Source: Camelus ferus (lineage: Eukaryota). Taken from it: DNA of 64,000 nt. Both the position numbers and the translations under genes were made by a program. How positions within the stretch are numbered: position 1 is the stretch's first letter; every line of letters starts with the position of its first letter. Location: assembly GCF_009834535.1 (NCBI RefSeq), contig NC_045696.1, positions 29,638,001-29,702,000 on the forward strand, written 5' to 3'. Below are positions 53,620 to 64,000 of this stretch, piece by piece. The notes below the pieces were generated by a model. It ran no database searches. It saw nothing but the letters and a program-made list of their open reading frames with translations, and was not told the origin of the DNA.

Positions 53620-54965
53620 TCTTCCCTATTGTTTATGCCAAAAAACTTGGAGACATCCTGATTCCTCTCTTTATCTCATATACAATTCATCAGGTCCTTT
53701 TGATTCAATTTTCACAACAGAGTGAAAATCCAATCACTTTTTATCACTTCCATTGGTCTAACCACTGTTATCTCTCACTTGGATTATGCAAGAGCTGTAA
53801 CTAATCCTCCTGCTCACATCGTGCCTCCTACAACCTTTTACAATACAGTCATTCAGAGTAATTGTGATGGTTAATTTTTACGTCAACTTCAATAAAGAAT
53901 CCAACAGGATACCTAAATATCTGCCTAACATTACTTCTTGGTGTGTCCGTGAGGATGGTTCTAAGGTGAAATGAGCATTTGAACCAGTAGACTAAGTAAA
54001 GCAGAGTGCTCTCTGCAGTGTGGGTGGGCTACATCCAATCCACTGAGGGCTTGATCAGAATAAAAAGGTGGAGGAAGGGAGAATTCACTCTCTCTGCCTG
54101 ACTACTGGGCTGCAGCATAGGTCTTCTCCTGCCTTTGCACTAGGACTTTCACCATCAGTTCTCCTGGCTCTTAGACCTTTGTACTGGGGCAGGAACTAAA
54201 ACACCAGCTTTTCTGGGCCTCCAGCTTGCAGACAGCAGATCCTGGGATTTAGCCTACATAATCACATAAGCAATTTCCTCATAATAAATCCTCATGTGTG
54301 TGTGTATGTGTGTCTGTGTATGTTGATCTGTTTCTCTAGAGAACCCTGAGTAATACAGGAATCATTTTAAATCATAAGTAAGATCATATAATTCCTCTGC
54401 TCAAAACTCTCCAGTGGCTCCCTCTCTTGCTCACAATAAAAACCAACCAATCTTTATAGTAATCCACAAGTACTTGTATATTCTGAGCCTTAGTCACTTT
54501 TCTTTCTTATGCTATTTCTTACTGCTCTGTCCCTAACTCAGTATCCCCAACAAACTGTTCTATTTCCAATTTCCTGAATATTCCAGACAAACCTCTGCCT
54601 AAGGGCTTTTGCACTGATCATTTCCTCTGTCTGGAATACTTTTCCACAGATGTCTGCATAACTATTCCTGCTTCAGGTCTTTGCACAAATGCCAGATTCT
54701 CACAATAGTTCTTATCCTGAAAAAAAAAAAGCCTATTTAAAGCTGCCCCTCCATTCCTGTGTCCCTTACTTTTCCCCATTTTTTTTTTTGCCATAGTATT
54801 TATCATCCAATATGTGTCATGTTCATTGTGTATCATTTGTCCCCTGCTGTTAGAAAGTAAGCTCCTCAAAAGTATGGATTTTTGTGTTTTGTTCACTCCT
54901 AGATTCCAAGTGCTCATAACAGTACCTGACCCAGAGTAGACACTAACTAAATTGCTGAAATGAAT
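53620..54965 (+). mobile_element. LINE-2 3' region, split by the MLT2 LTR
   Basis: L2-like motifs CTCTGCTCAAAACTCTCCAGTGGCTCCC and AGGGCTTTTGCACTG, and the terminal GTAAGCTCC...TTGTTCACT...CAGTACCTGAC...TGAAATGAAT. Confidence 0.8.
53863..54357 (+). mobile_element. MLT2-family solo LTR inserted into an L2
   Basis: Termini TGTGATGGTTAATTTT...GAGAACCCTGAGTAATACA; 5-bp TSD GTAAT/GGAAT; internal (TG)n near the 3' end. Confidence 0.88.
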
Positions 54966-55699
54966 TCTGTTTCTTTACTTTTAGAGGGTAGGAGATGGAC
55001 TTACCTACAAAAGTATTTATTTTTCTGTACTCATGTTGTTAGTTTACTAAATATAAATTTTACTTGCCTAAGAACATTAGGTATAGTCAATTATAAAATA
55101 TTTGAGGACAGAACCTCTGGTTTATTTCTAAAGTTTTCCAAACTAACCTTTATTCTCATTTTTATATACAAGTCATTAAGATAAAGAATAGTATTTTTAA
55201 ATATCACATTGATTTTTATATACAAATGTGTGTATGTGTAAAATAAATACATTAAATTCCACAAACTTACTTCCTAGTTGACCAACAACAAAAATAATCA
55301 TTATTTAAAAATAAAGCTCAAGTCGAAAAGCTATAGAAATTTCTATTTCAGAGGTTTAATATTGTGTAAATTGTTCAAAGCAAATTCTCTCTTTTCAAAT
55401 TAATATGGAGTTCTTTGTTTTTTTTTTTTTTTATTTCATTAAATACTAGCCATTTGGAGAAAGGGAAAAAGAAACCCTATGGTCTCAGAAGTGTTGACAG
55501 CATTTGAACACTGTATTTAGTTAAATTTTGCAGGATTACCAGATTAAAGTACAGAGTTTATCATCCACTTTCTGGCCTGTGTGAGTCTTACTGAGGTATC
55601 TAGGCTTTATTACTCTTTGGTCATCAGATACAAAAAGCATGGTGGCTTTAGTGTACTGGCCCAGGATGATGGTCTCTAGATATTCCGACGATTAAGTTC

Positions 55700-56197
55700 T
55701 GCATTAGTCTGGGTTCTCCAGAGACAATAGGAAATATATAGAAATTTATTAAAGAGATTTATTAAAGGAATTGGCCCACATGGTTATGGAGATGGAGAAA
55801 CCCCAAGAGCTGTAGTAGGCAAACTGGAGACCCAGGAGAAGCAATGATTTAGTTCCAGTTTGAATCTAAAGGCCTGAGAACCAAGAGAGCTAGTGGTATA
55901 AGTTTCAGTCCAAGACCAAGTCCAAAGGCAAGAGAAAATCAGTGTCCCAGCTCAAAGAGAGTCAGGCAGAAAGAGGGAATTCTCCCTTATTCCATGTCTT
56001 TTTGTTCTACTTGAGCCTTCAATGGATTGGATAAGGCCCACTCACATTAAGGATAGAAATCTTTTTTACTCAATCTACCAATTCAAATGTTAATCTCATG
56101 CAGAAATACCCTCACACACACACTCAGAGTAATGTTTAGCCAAAAATATGGGGACCCTGTGGCCCAGTCAAGTAGATACATGAAATTTACAATCATA
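55700..56197 (-). mobile_element. MLT2-family (ERV-L) LTR
   Basis: Minus strand begins TATGATTGTAAATTTCATGTATCTACTTGACTGGGCCACAGGG and ends TCTCTGGAGAACCCAGACTAATGCA, matching MLT2 termini. Confidence 0.85.
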
Positions 56198-57850
56198 AGG
56201 TCCCTATGAAACACATTATGACAGAGATCAAGAAAACTGTCATTGCCCCTGCCCTAAATTTGTGAAGGTGTTCGGCTCTCTCTGCAAGTTAGTTGAAGGC
56301 TGTCGGCCCTCTGATTGTCCTAACTGGTAAAGAAGAAGAAAAAAAAAAATGCCAGATCAACTACTGTAAGTGCCGAAGATTATACTGATACTACACTTTA
56401 GAAAACAAAGCAATTGGAATCACTCTGCTTAGGTTTCCGTTAGCACCAAGTTATTCTCCAAGCTCCATCCATCAAACTAGCAAACTGAAAGGGAATGTTA
56501 CAGGAATCTCCATTGCCGTGTCTTTCAAGTCTTTAAAGGTGGCCCTACTCACTGCAGTGTTCCCAGGGAGATATCACTTCCTTGGGTTTTGTCTTCTGTT
56601 AGGGAGGGGCAGTTCCAGGAGCTCCTATTTGGCCCTTCCTAAATAGCCCTCACTCCACAAGAACTCATGTGAAAAACTGTGCCAATTTCCATGCCTGTTG
56701 TAACTATGCACTCAGGAAACTGGAAAGTACACACAAGATTAGTCTGACAAGCCATTGCACCCAGAGTGATGAAGATTAAGTGACCTCCATAAGCCTCAGT
56801 TCTGACTGATGTGCCACTGTGGCATTTATGTCCCCAAGATAAATCCAGAATCTGTTTTTATTAATTCTCAAAAGTCTGGGCTTTTTCCTAGCAAACAGCA
56901 GGTTCCTTGGGGAAAGCCTTGAAAGATTTAAAGGATATATTTGTGGTAGTATTTTATATCCCTTCTCAAGGGAAATCAGCCTCTCCTTTAATAAAGAGAA
57001 GCTGTTCTCCCTGTTTCAGTAACACAAGTCAAGTTTCTACTCAACATACCTAGAATTTCCCCACTTATACAGATTAAATAAAAATTCAGTAATCAGTCAG
57101 TGTTATCACAGCCCTAAGGATATGATGATCAATTCACCACACCACAGAACCCTGCATTTCAAAACACTAACTGCTACTCGACCCTTGAAGCCTGTTAAGG
57201 CAATTACAGCTACTTTATCAACGAGGCCTAAGCACCACCAAAGTATTTTGCTACCACTCCAGAATCCCATGATCCCCACTGAAATTAATGAGTGTAGTTC
57301 GATAGCAGTATATCCGAATGACATTTCCCACCCCAGAGCTACCACAGAGGTCTGGTACCCTCATCAATACATCTCTTGATTTTTAATCAAAGGTAAGGAT
57401 GGCCTCTGGAACCTCAGGACAGAGTGACAATGGGATGAGCAGATTGTCCATGATAAACCTACTCTACCATTCCCATCTTTCAATGCCTTCTCCCTCCCTC
57501 CCCAGCCTAGGAATGTTTAGGCATCTCAACCTCATTAAACGTTAGCCATGGTTGAGTACAAGTTCCAGTCAAATTATCAAGCAAACTGTTGGAGCCATTT
57601 CCAGAAGCTCAAGGTAACTCATGAAATTCCAATTCTTAAGAACTACTCATATTGATAAATTTGGCTTGGCCTGAATTCAGTATACTCATATCAGTATGTT
57701 CCACCCTCCTTAATCTACTTTTCTTAGAATTCAACCCAGTACATTACTTCCAGGTTGCCGCTAACACAAACTAGCCTGCTCGCCTGATATGCCAGTCATC
57801 CCTAGGAAAGACTAGCAAGTGAAAGGCTAGGCTTAGTTACAGGTCTGACA
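56198..57850 (-). mobile_element. Decayed ERV-L internal region (gag/protease/start of pol)
   Basis: Minus-strand translations TAIELHSLISVGIMGFWSG (~57250-57310, gag C-terminus-like), SGTSVRTEAYGGHLI (~56775-56820, protease-like) and YLPGNTAVSRATFKDLKDTAMEIPVTFPFS (~56485-56575, RT N-terminus-like) lie in the correct order next to an MLT2 LTR. The right boundary is approximate. Confidence 0.75.
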
Positions 57851-58499
57851 AAACTGAAAGGCATAAAGGTAGATCTTGAAGAGAATAGTATTCCTTTCCT
57901 TATAAAACCTATAAATGATCTCCATGCCTCCTTTATTTGTATTTATGTTAATACTTCACAATCTCTTAAATCAGTATCTTTTCTTCCATTTACACAACCA
58001 CCACCCCATCCTAAGCTACCGTAACACTTACCTAGAGAGCTGCAATTGCCTCCTAACACTTTGAACTGTAATTATTACATACCATTCAGCCAAAGAAACT
58101 GTAATGAAAATACAAAGACATCGAAGGTTATAAAAAGGCTCGCTTTTTAAGAAAAATAATTCTTGTAGATATGTGGGAAATAGAAGGGGCTGGGGTGGGG
58201 CGTGGGGGAAGCAGGTAGAGAACAGAAGCAGGAAGGCCAGTTCCAAACTGGATCAGACGCTAATAGTGGCTTGATAAGAGTGTTAGCACCAGAGATGTAA
58301 AACAATAGGACATTAACCAAGGTGGGGAGGAGGAAAGAAAGGAATCAATGTAGTACCAGGTTTCTACTGACTAGATATGCAGTGCCATTTACCTAAAAGA
58401 AAGAGATGGTCATCTCCAAATGTGAATGTAACAGTCAGGGAAAGGATATGGGTATAGAGACAAATTTTGAAGTAAATGAACATATACATGATATCTAAA

Positions 58500-58820
58500 G
58501 CACTACACTCAAAAGTGTGATCCATGGACCAGTGCTGAGTTGCCTACTGTTTATCACTGGTCCATGACAAGATAAGTACCAAAATTGAGAGTAAGCACTT
58601 AGAAACTTTTATAGCAATTGTATAGAGTAGTTTTATATCTTTCGGATTTAATTTAAAAACTAGGGCTTTTATTTTGTATGTCTTTTTAAATTTGATTATT
58701 CTAATAATTCATGTGAAATTTTAGAAAAGTATCAGTTGATGGTAGATAATAAATTAGGAAACAAAATAAAAAGAAAAAAAGACTATCCCTTCATCACTCA
58801 CTACAAGTTGGAAAGCACTG
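58500..58820. mobile_element. hAT-Charlie-type DNA transposon relic (same family as 24967-25349, opposite orientation)
   Basis: GAGTAAGCACTTAGAAACTTTTATAGCA matches the reverse complement of TGCTATCAAAGTTTCTAAATGCTTACTC at ~25238-25265; ends AAAGCACTG. Confidence 0.7.
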
Positions 58821-59009
58821 ATTTAAAGCTATGGTGACAGATGCAATCACTTGAAGAGAGAAACCTAGAGAAAAATTCTAACTTTTAGGGGTTGGGTATG
58901 GTTATGTATTTGATCCTTGTTGCTCTCATCACCCGTTAGCATCATAAAAACTGTATACGCTGCAACGTAATTTCCAAGATTGCTCTATCAGCCACATCTC
59001 CTTATCACC

Positions 59010-59232
59010 ATCAGTAATATTTACTGAGCGCTTCTTTCTTGGCAGGCAGTCTTTTTATGGATTATCTCATTTCAAAATCTCAATAAAGCTAGTATTATAG
59101 TCCCTATATTAAAGATTTTAAAAATTGAGGTTAGAGAAGTTAAATAACTTATCCATGTCATAAAACCATTAAGTCAGGGAGCTGGGATTTGAACACAGGC
59201 CAACTGACCCAAGCCTCAGCTTTTAATCACTG
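59010..59232 (-). mobile_element. MIR SINE
   Basis: ATTTACTGAGCGCTT...AAATTGAGGTTAGAGAAGTTAAATAACTT...GAGCTGGGATTTGAACACAGG. Confidence 0.75.
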
Positions 59233-61017
59233 CAACATACATATATTGTCAATCTACCAATCAGCCAGTTCACATGTTTTAAGCAAAATATCATGTGAAA
59301 TCAAAACTTCTGTGTATATACCTTCTAGATCTTGGAATTTACTTATATCTTGGTTATCAAGTAAGTTTTGTACACTGGTATTTAACAGTGGATTATTCTT
59401 AATACCTCCAACTAGGCAATAACTGCTTAAGAACAAAGGATAGAGGCACACCTCCTAAAATCTAACATACTCCCTGATAAATACAGAGTGAGCTAACACC
59501 TTACTCAGGAGAGTTTGAATCTAAGAATCTAACTTTCCTTAACAGAAAAAATAAGGCAGCTTTCTGTCCATCAACTTAGGCAACAAGAATAATGTGGTCA
59601 CACTGAGTCTGTAGCTGACTTGATTTCATGGAGAGTGTTTTCTTTGTCAACTTGAGTCTTTTCTGTGAGGCTTCCCAAATAGCTTAAGCTAATTTTACCT
59701 AGATTTGTCATCATACGAGGAGTTTTATATTCTACTTCTTTAGAAAAACATTTCTTCCAATTTTCTCATTTTTATTTTTAATCATAAACATATATCCAAA
59801 CATTATATAAATTAGGCAACTTTTGCTTAAGTTTCTAAAATTCTTTTCTAGGGTCCATAATAAAATAAAAATTTAAATAAACTACTACACATTATTGTAT
59901 TTTTATTTAATCTACACTTTCCCACCTTTTTTGGTCTAATTCACACCTAAATTTCCCTTTAGTTCCAAGAAAATGTGATAATAAATAATATTAACAATGG
60001 CTCCTATTTATTTCAGTGTTTAGTATCTGACCAGCAACATGTTGCATCCCTTAAATATATCTTCACACTAAAGTTAATCCTTGGAAGCCACTCTGGCACA
60101 TAGTATTATTTGCTTTATTTTCACATATGAAAAGACTGTAGCTCAATGAAATAAAAAAGCCCCAAAGCAGAGCCAAAATTTAAACCTAATCTCACCCCAA
60201 AATCCTTACTCTTAATTATTATGTGCACTTCTTCCCATCTGTAAAATGTACAAAACTCCCTTTGTAGTCATCACTTCTACAGAGCAGCTTGCTAACTATA
60301 TTTTCTTGCATTAATTGTCTCAAGTGGATTATAAGAAAATCATTTCCTTCTCTTGATTTGTACAAATAGTATCAGATGCTGGATGACTTGAGAAAATTCA
60401 GGTGGCAAAACGAATGATTTTCTAATTGAAAGATTAAATCATGATTTGGTTATGGTAAAATCCTGACATGTTAATTCTGTTCCACAGACACACACACACA
60501 CAAAAATCCTCTGAGTGACATAAGGAATGTGCTTTGAAGAAAGCAATAAAACTTCTACAAAAATGACCACAGGATCACTAGAATATCTGTTTATTTCAAC
60601 ATGGGATATTTTAGTACGATGTGAAGACTACTAGAACTGAGTTAAGCACTTATACAGAGAAATTCTACCATCTTAGAAGAGTCACTCAGTGTAGAACAGC
60701 ACAGGCTCCTTAATTTGTGAAACAGAGATAAAGGAAAAAATCTAAATTTAGCTGAAAAATTTGCAAGACTTTGACTGGCAGTGATGTATTTTTACGTATT
60801 ACAAACACTACAGAAAAAAATAAGTTCAGATTCTTACAATAAACTAAAAGACTGATTTAATTGAAAACATAAGTAAATGTTGATTTTGCAACTAAGGTGA
60901 AAGAAAGAAAATAAAGGAAGGAAGGGAGGAAGGAAAAGAAAGGAAGAAAAAAAAACTGATAAACGTTGGAGGGGAAAAGTAGACCATCTAGTCAACAATT
61001 TCATGCATTCTTTGGCC

Positions 61018-61140
61018 TTACTACTCAAACTCTGGTCCAGCAGCATTACCCGGGAACTTGTTCAAAATGCAAACTCACAGGCCCCACCCCAGATCTACTG
61101 TATCTGCATTTTAACAAGATCCACAGATGATGGAGACACT
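61018..61140. mobile_element. MER5A-like fragment
   Basis: CAGCAGCATTACCCGGGAACTTGTTCAAAATGCAAACTCACAGGCCCCACCCCAGATCTACTG...TCTGCATTTTAACAAGATCC. Confidence 0.75.
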
Positions 61141-61312
61141 ATTCTTGGCTATTTTCACTGATAGAGAGAGAAAGCAAAAATTTCTAAGGGACTTCAGCTA
61201 TCTCCTATCATTCTCCATTCTGGGACTTATCTTGCGGCCTCTGGCTAGTTAATACAGCGATTTCCCTCATTACAGTTCTCTCCTGCCTAGTGTATTTACT
61301 TAGAAAAGAGTA

Positions 61313-61547
61313 CAGTTCACCCTTGAACAGGACAGCAGGGTTGGGGGTGCCCACCCTCCACACAGCAGAAAGTCTGCAAGTTAACTTATAGTTGGCCTTC
61401 CCTATATTGGGTTTCTCAGTATACAGAGTTTGTTGGCAAATTCAACCAACCTCGGATCCTGTAGTAATGTAGTATTAACTAGGGGGAAAAATCCCACTTG
61501 TAAGTGGGCCAGTGCAGTTCAAGCCTGTGTTGTTCAAAGGTCAATTG
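61313..61547. mobile_element. TcMar-Tigger-group MITE
   Basis: TIRs CAGTTCACCCTTGAACA / TGTTCAAAGGTCAATTG, flanked by TA duplications. Confidence 0.85.
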
Positions 61548-62919
61548 TAATTAGAAATTAGGTGGTCTCCAAAAAGTGACCAGGTAGTTCATGATTTTAT
61601 GTTTTTCTGGGGATTTTATTCCTGTTTGGTTTGGCTTTTTAAGAACCAACATTACATATGAGTATATATCAGTTAAAAAAAAAATTCTCCCATTGACAGC
61701 TGAAACATTCATAAATTCTCAAATGGCTGATCTTGGATCAGCCTACAAACACCATCATTTAAATGCACATAATATATAAGAGTATAACACTAAGTTATTA
61801 TCAGCTATTAACAATATCACTTTACTTCTAATTGGCTGACTAGCCAGAAAAGCAATTAAAGGCCATAGAACAGAAACAGAGAAAGCAAACAGAAGGAAAG
61901 AAAACAGGATAAAAGTCTCAGTTACTACAAAATACGGCTAGTATCTAATAAATGTATATTTGTCTCTGAAACTGCCAGTTAGCTTTTATTAAGACAATAT
62001 AGAAATATATGTGTAGGGTCTCTACTCTGCATGAATTCATTCACTCAAGAAACAAATACTTCCTTATGTAACAGACTCACTAACACACACCAATTCTACT
62101 ACATTGCACTACACTGAAAAATCGCAGGACAACATAAAGAAATCTAGTATAAATTACTTGCATCCTTTCATTCTTCATAAGTACTCCTGCAGATTTCTGA
62201 TGACTAGGCCAGGAAGAAAAAGAAAAGAAGTGGCTTAGAATCTTGTCAAAAACAATATTAAAGTGAACACTTAATTGTTGATATGACAACCACTCGTATC
62301 TGTTCAATCAGGAGTAAGCACTGTTTTTATTGCTACTTCTTGGAAGAAAATCTAAAATGCAGTAAATGCTCTTGAAGTATCTTTTCCTTCTCGGATTGTA
62401 CATGAACTTCCCATAAATATTATTCTTTTTTCTCCAAGAAAAGTCATTATAATTGTTTCAATTTAAGGAAATAAATAGTGTAACTATTTCTTCCCATGCT
62501 ACTCACTGAATGACTTTTATCTGCCTATAACCAGGCCCCTGCCTTACTTCCCAGGAATCCTGGGACATTTAATGATTCCAGTTTTTCCAATTTGAAGGTA
62601 ACAAATTTTGGAAGACTTTTACTATTTCTTTTTTTTTTTTTTACCTTTCACAGTACTTAAATTTAATGGCCCCCAAGATCTACTACTACCTAAATTCAAT
62701 CACGTAGTCCTCATTATTAAAAGTGATTTTACTATTAAATGATCACTAGTCTGATGGCTTCATTAGGAAACAACAATGAGCTTCTACTATATTGCCTAAC
62801 AGTGTTGGAAAATACCACACATGCACACACAGCCACATACTTTGTTCAAAACCTAAAAACTATTTCTTTTTCTAAAAGAATCCATCACAGTAACAGCTAG
62901 AAAAAAATCTTAGGGAAAC

Positions 62920-63290
62920 ATTAAGGACTAAATGTTTGCGCATCCCCCAAATTCATATATTGACATTCTAACCCCAACTGTGATGGTATTAGGAGGCAGA
63001 GCCTTTGGGATGTGATCAGGAGAGCAGAGCCCTCAAGAATGGGATTACTGTCCTTATAAGAAGAGACTAGAAAGAACTTGCTTCCTTTCCTTCTCTCCTC
63101 TCTCTGCCAGTTGAGGATACAAGAAGAAGACAGGCATTTCCGAACCAGAAAGAGTGTTCACCAGAGAATGAATCTGTTGGTGCTTTGATCTTGGCCTTCC
63201 CAGCCTCCAGAAATGTGAGAAATAAATTTCTCTTGTTTAAGCCACCCAATCTATGGTACTCTCTTATAGCAAACCAAACTGACCAAAGCC
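62920..63290 (+). mobile_element. MaLR LTR (MLT1A-like)
   Basis: CCCCCAAATTCATAT...TGTGATGGTATTAGGAGG...TTGATCTTGGCCTTCCCAGCCTCCAGAAATGTGAGAAATAAATTTC; homologous to 6690-7000. Confidence 0.85.
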
Positions 63291-64000
63291 AGAATCAATC
63301 AGCGAAGCCTACTTAGTCACTGGATGGAGGTCCAGGCCATTAATGATTCAGCAAAGATATCACACATGTAGATACACAAACACACAAACACACACACACA
63401 CACATGCACAGAAAATGCCAAGTGACTGGGACTTAGAAAGTTAAAAAAAAAAAAAAAAGTGGAGCATAGAGTCAACGAAAGTCATACAGCAACCCAATCT
63501 GGTTATTTGTGGCTTGTCCACAATTGTATTATTTCCTAGATTACAATTGAATCTTAATCAAAAGTAAACTAAAATAAAATAAAACCACAATGACATTAAT
63601 AAATAGCAATTAATTAACAACATATCTGTATGAAAACATCTCTTTGAATGCCATAAAGTATCAAGTGCCTAAAACTAATATTTATCCTTGTATTTTCAGC
63701 CTGAAGTTTCCATTAGTGCAAAAATCATTGCTAATAATATATAATAATCAGTAGCATTATAAGTTTTAGAAATATTTTGCTCAATCAAATGTTTCATTTT
63801 TTTTTTTTTGAGCCAAAGAAAAAGTATCGGGACCCAGAGTGAATCACGACATGATAGAGACTGGGTTGTATCTCTAAGTGTAAATTCTGTTTTAAGCTGT
63901 TCCACTCCACTTGAGAAAGAGCAACGACAAAATTCCCAAATGTCAACACAGATGGAAGTTGAGAGGAAAAGCAATGAAATTTAAAATGCAAACTATAACC

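Larger units (their letters stand above)
1..64000 (-). other. GBE1: Intronic sequence of GBE1 (intron 2 left of 27926, intron 1 right of 28095)
   Basis: No other GBE1 exon, promoter CpG island or other gene is recognisable. Mammalian GBE1 has very long first introns. The excess of A-tracts on the plus strand fits a minus-strand transcript. Confidence 0.8.

Overview
AT-rich mammalian genomic DNA, probably from a camelid. This is inferred from two tRNA-derived SINEs resembling the camelid Vic-1 family. The window lies inside the glycogen branching enzyme gene GBE1 on the minus strand. The only coding exon I can support is the 170-bp internal exon at 27926-28095 (exon 2 by human numbering); the rest is intron 1 (right) and intron 2 (left). 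The main insertion is a full-length 7.08-kb LINE-1 (41590-48667, minus strand, same sense as GBE1). It has a perfect 14-bp target-site duplication, a CpG-rich 5' UTR and a 404-bp inter-ORF spacer, and its ORF1 and ORF2 are disabled by about five discrete lesions. Other features: a SINE with an L1 3' fragment nested in its tail, a SINE inserted into a palindromic endonuclease site, an ERV1-type solo LTR, an ERV-L gag/pro/pol relic with an MLT2 LTR, and many ancient L1, L2, MIR, MaLR, Tigger and hAT relics. I found no convincing new biological system. The best leads are the L1 inter-ORF uORF overlapping the ORF2 start, the long antisense frame in the L1 5' UTR, an unexplained 20-bp inverted-repeat element and several CpG-retaining candidate enhancers. 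Repeat family names are from memory, not from a database search.
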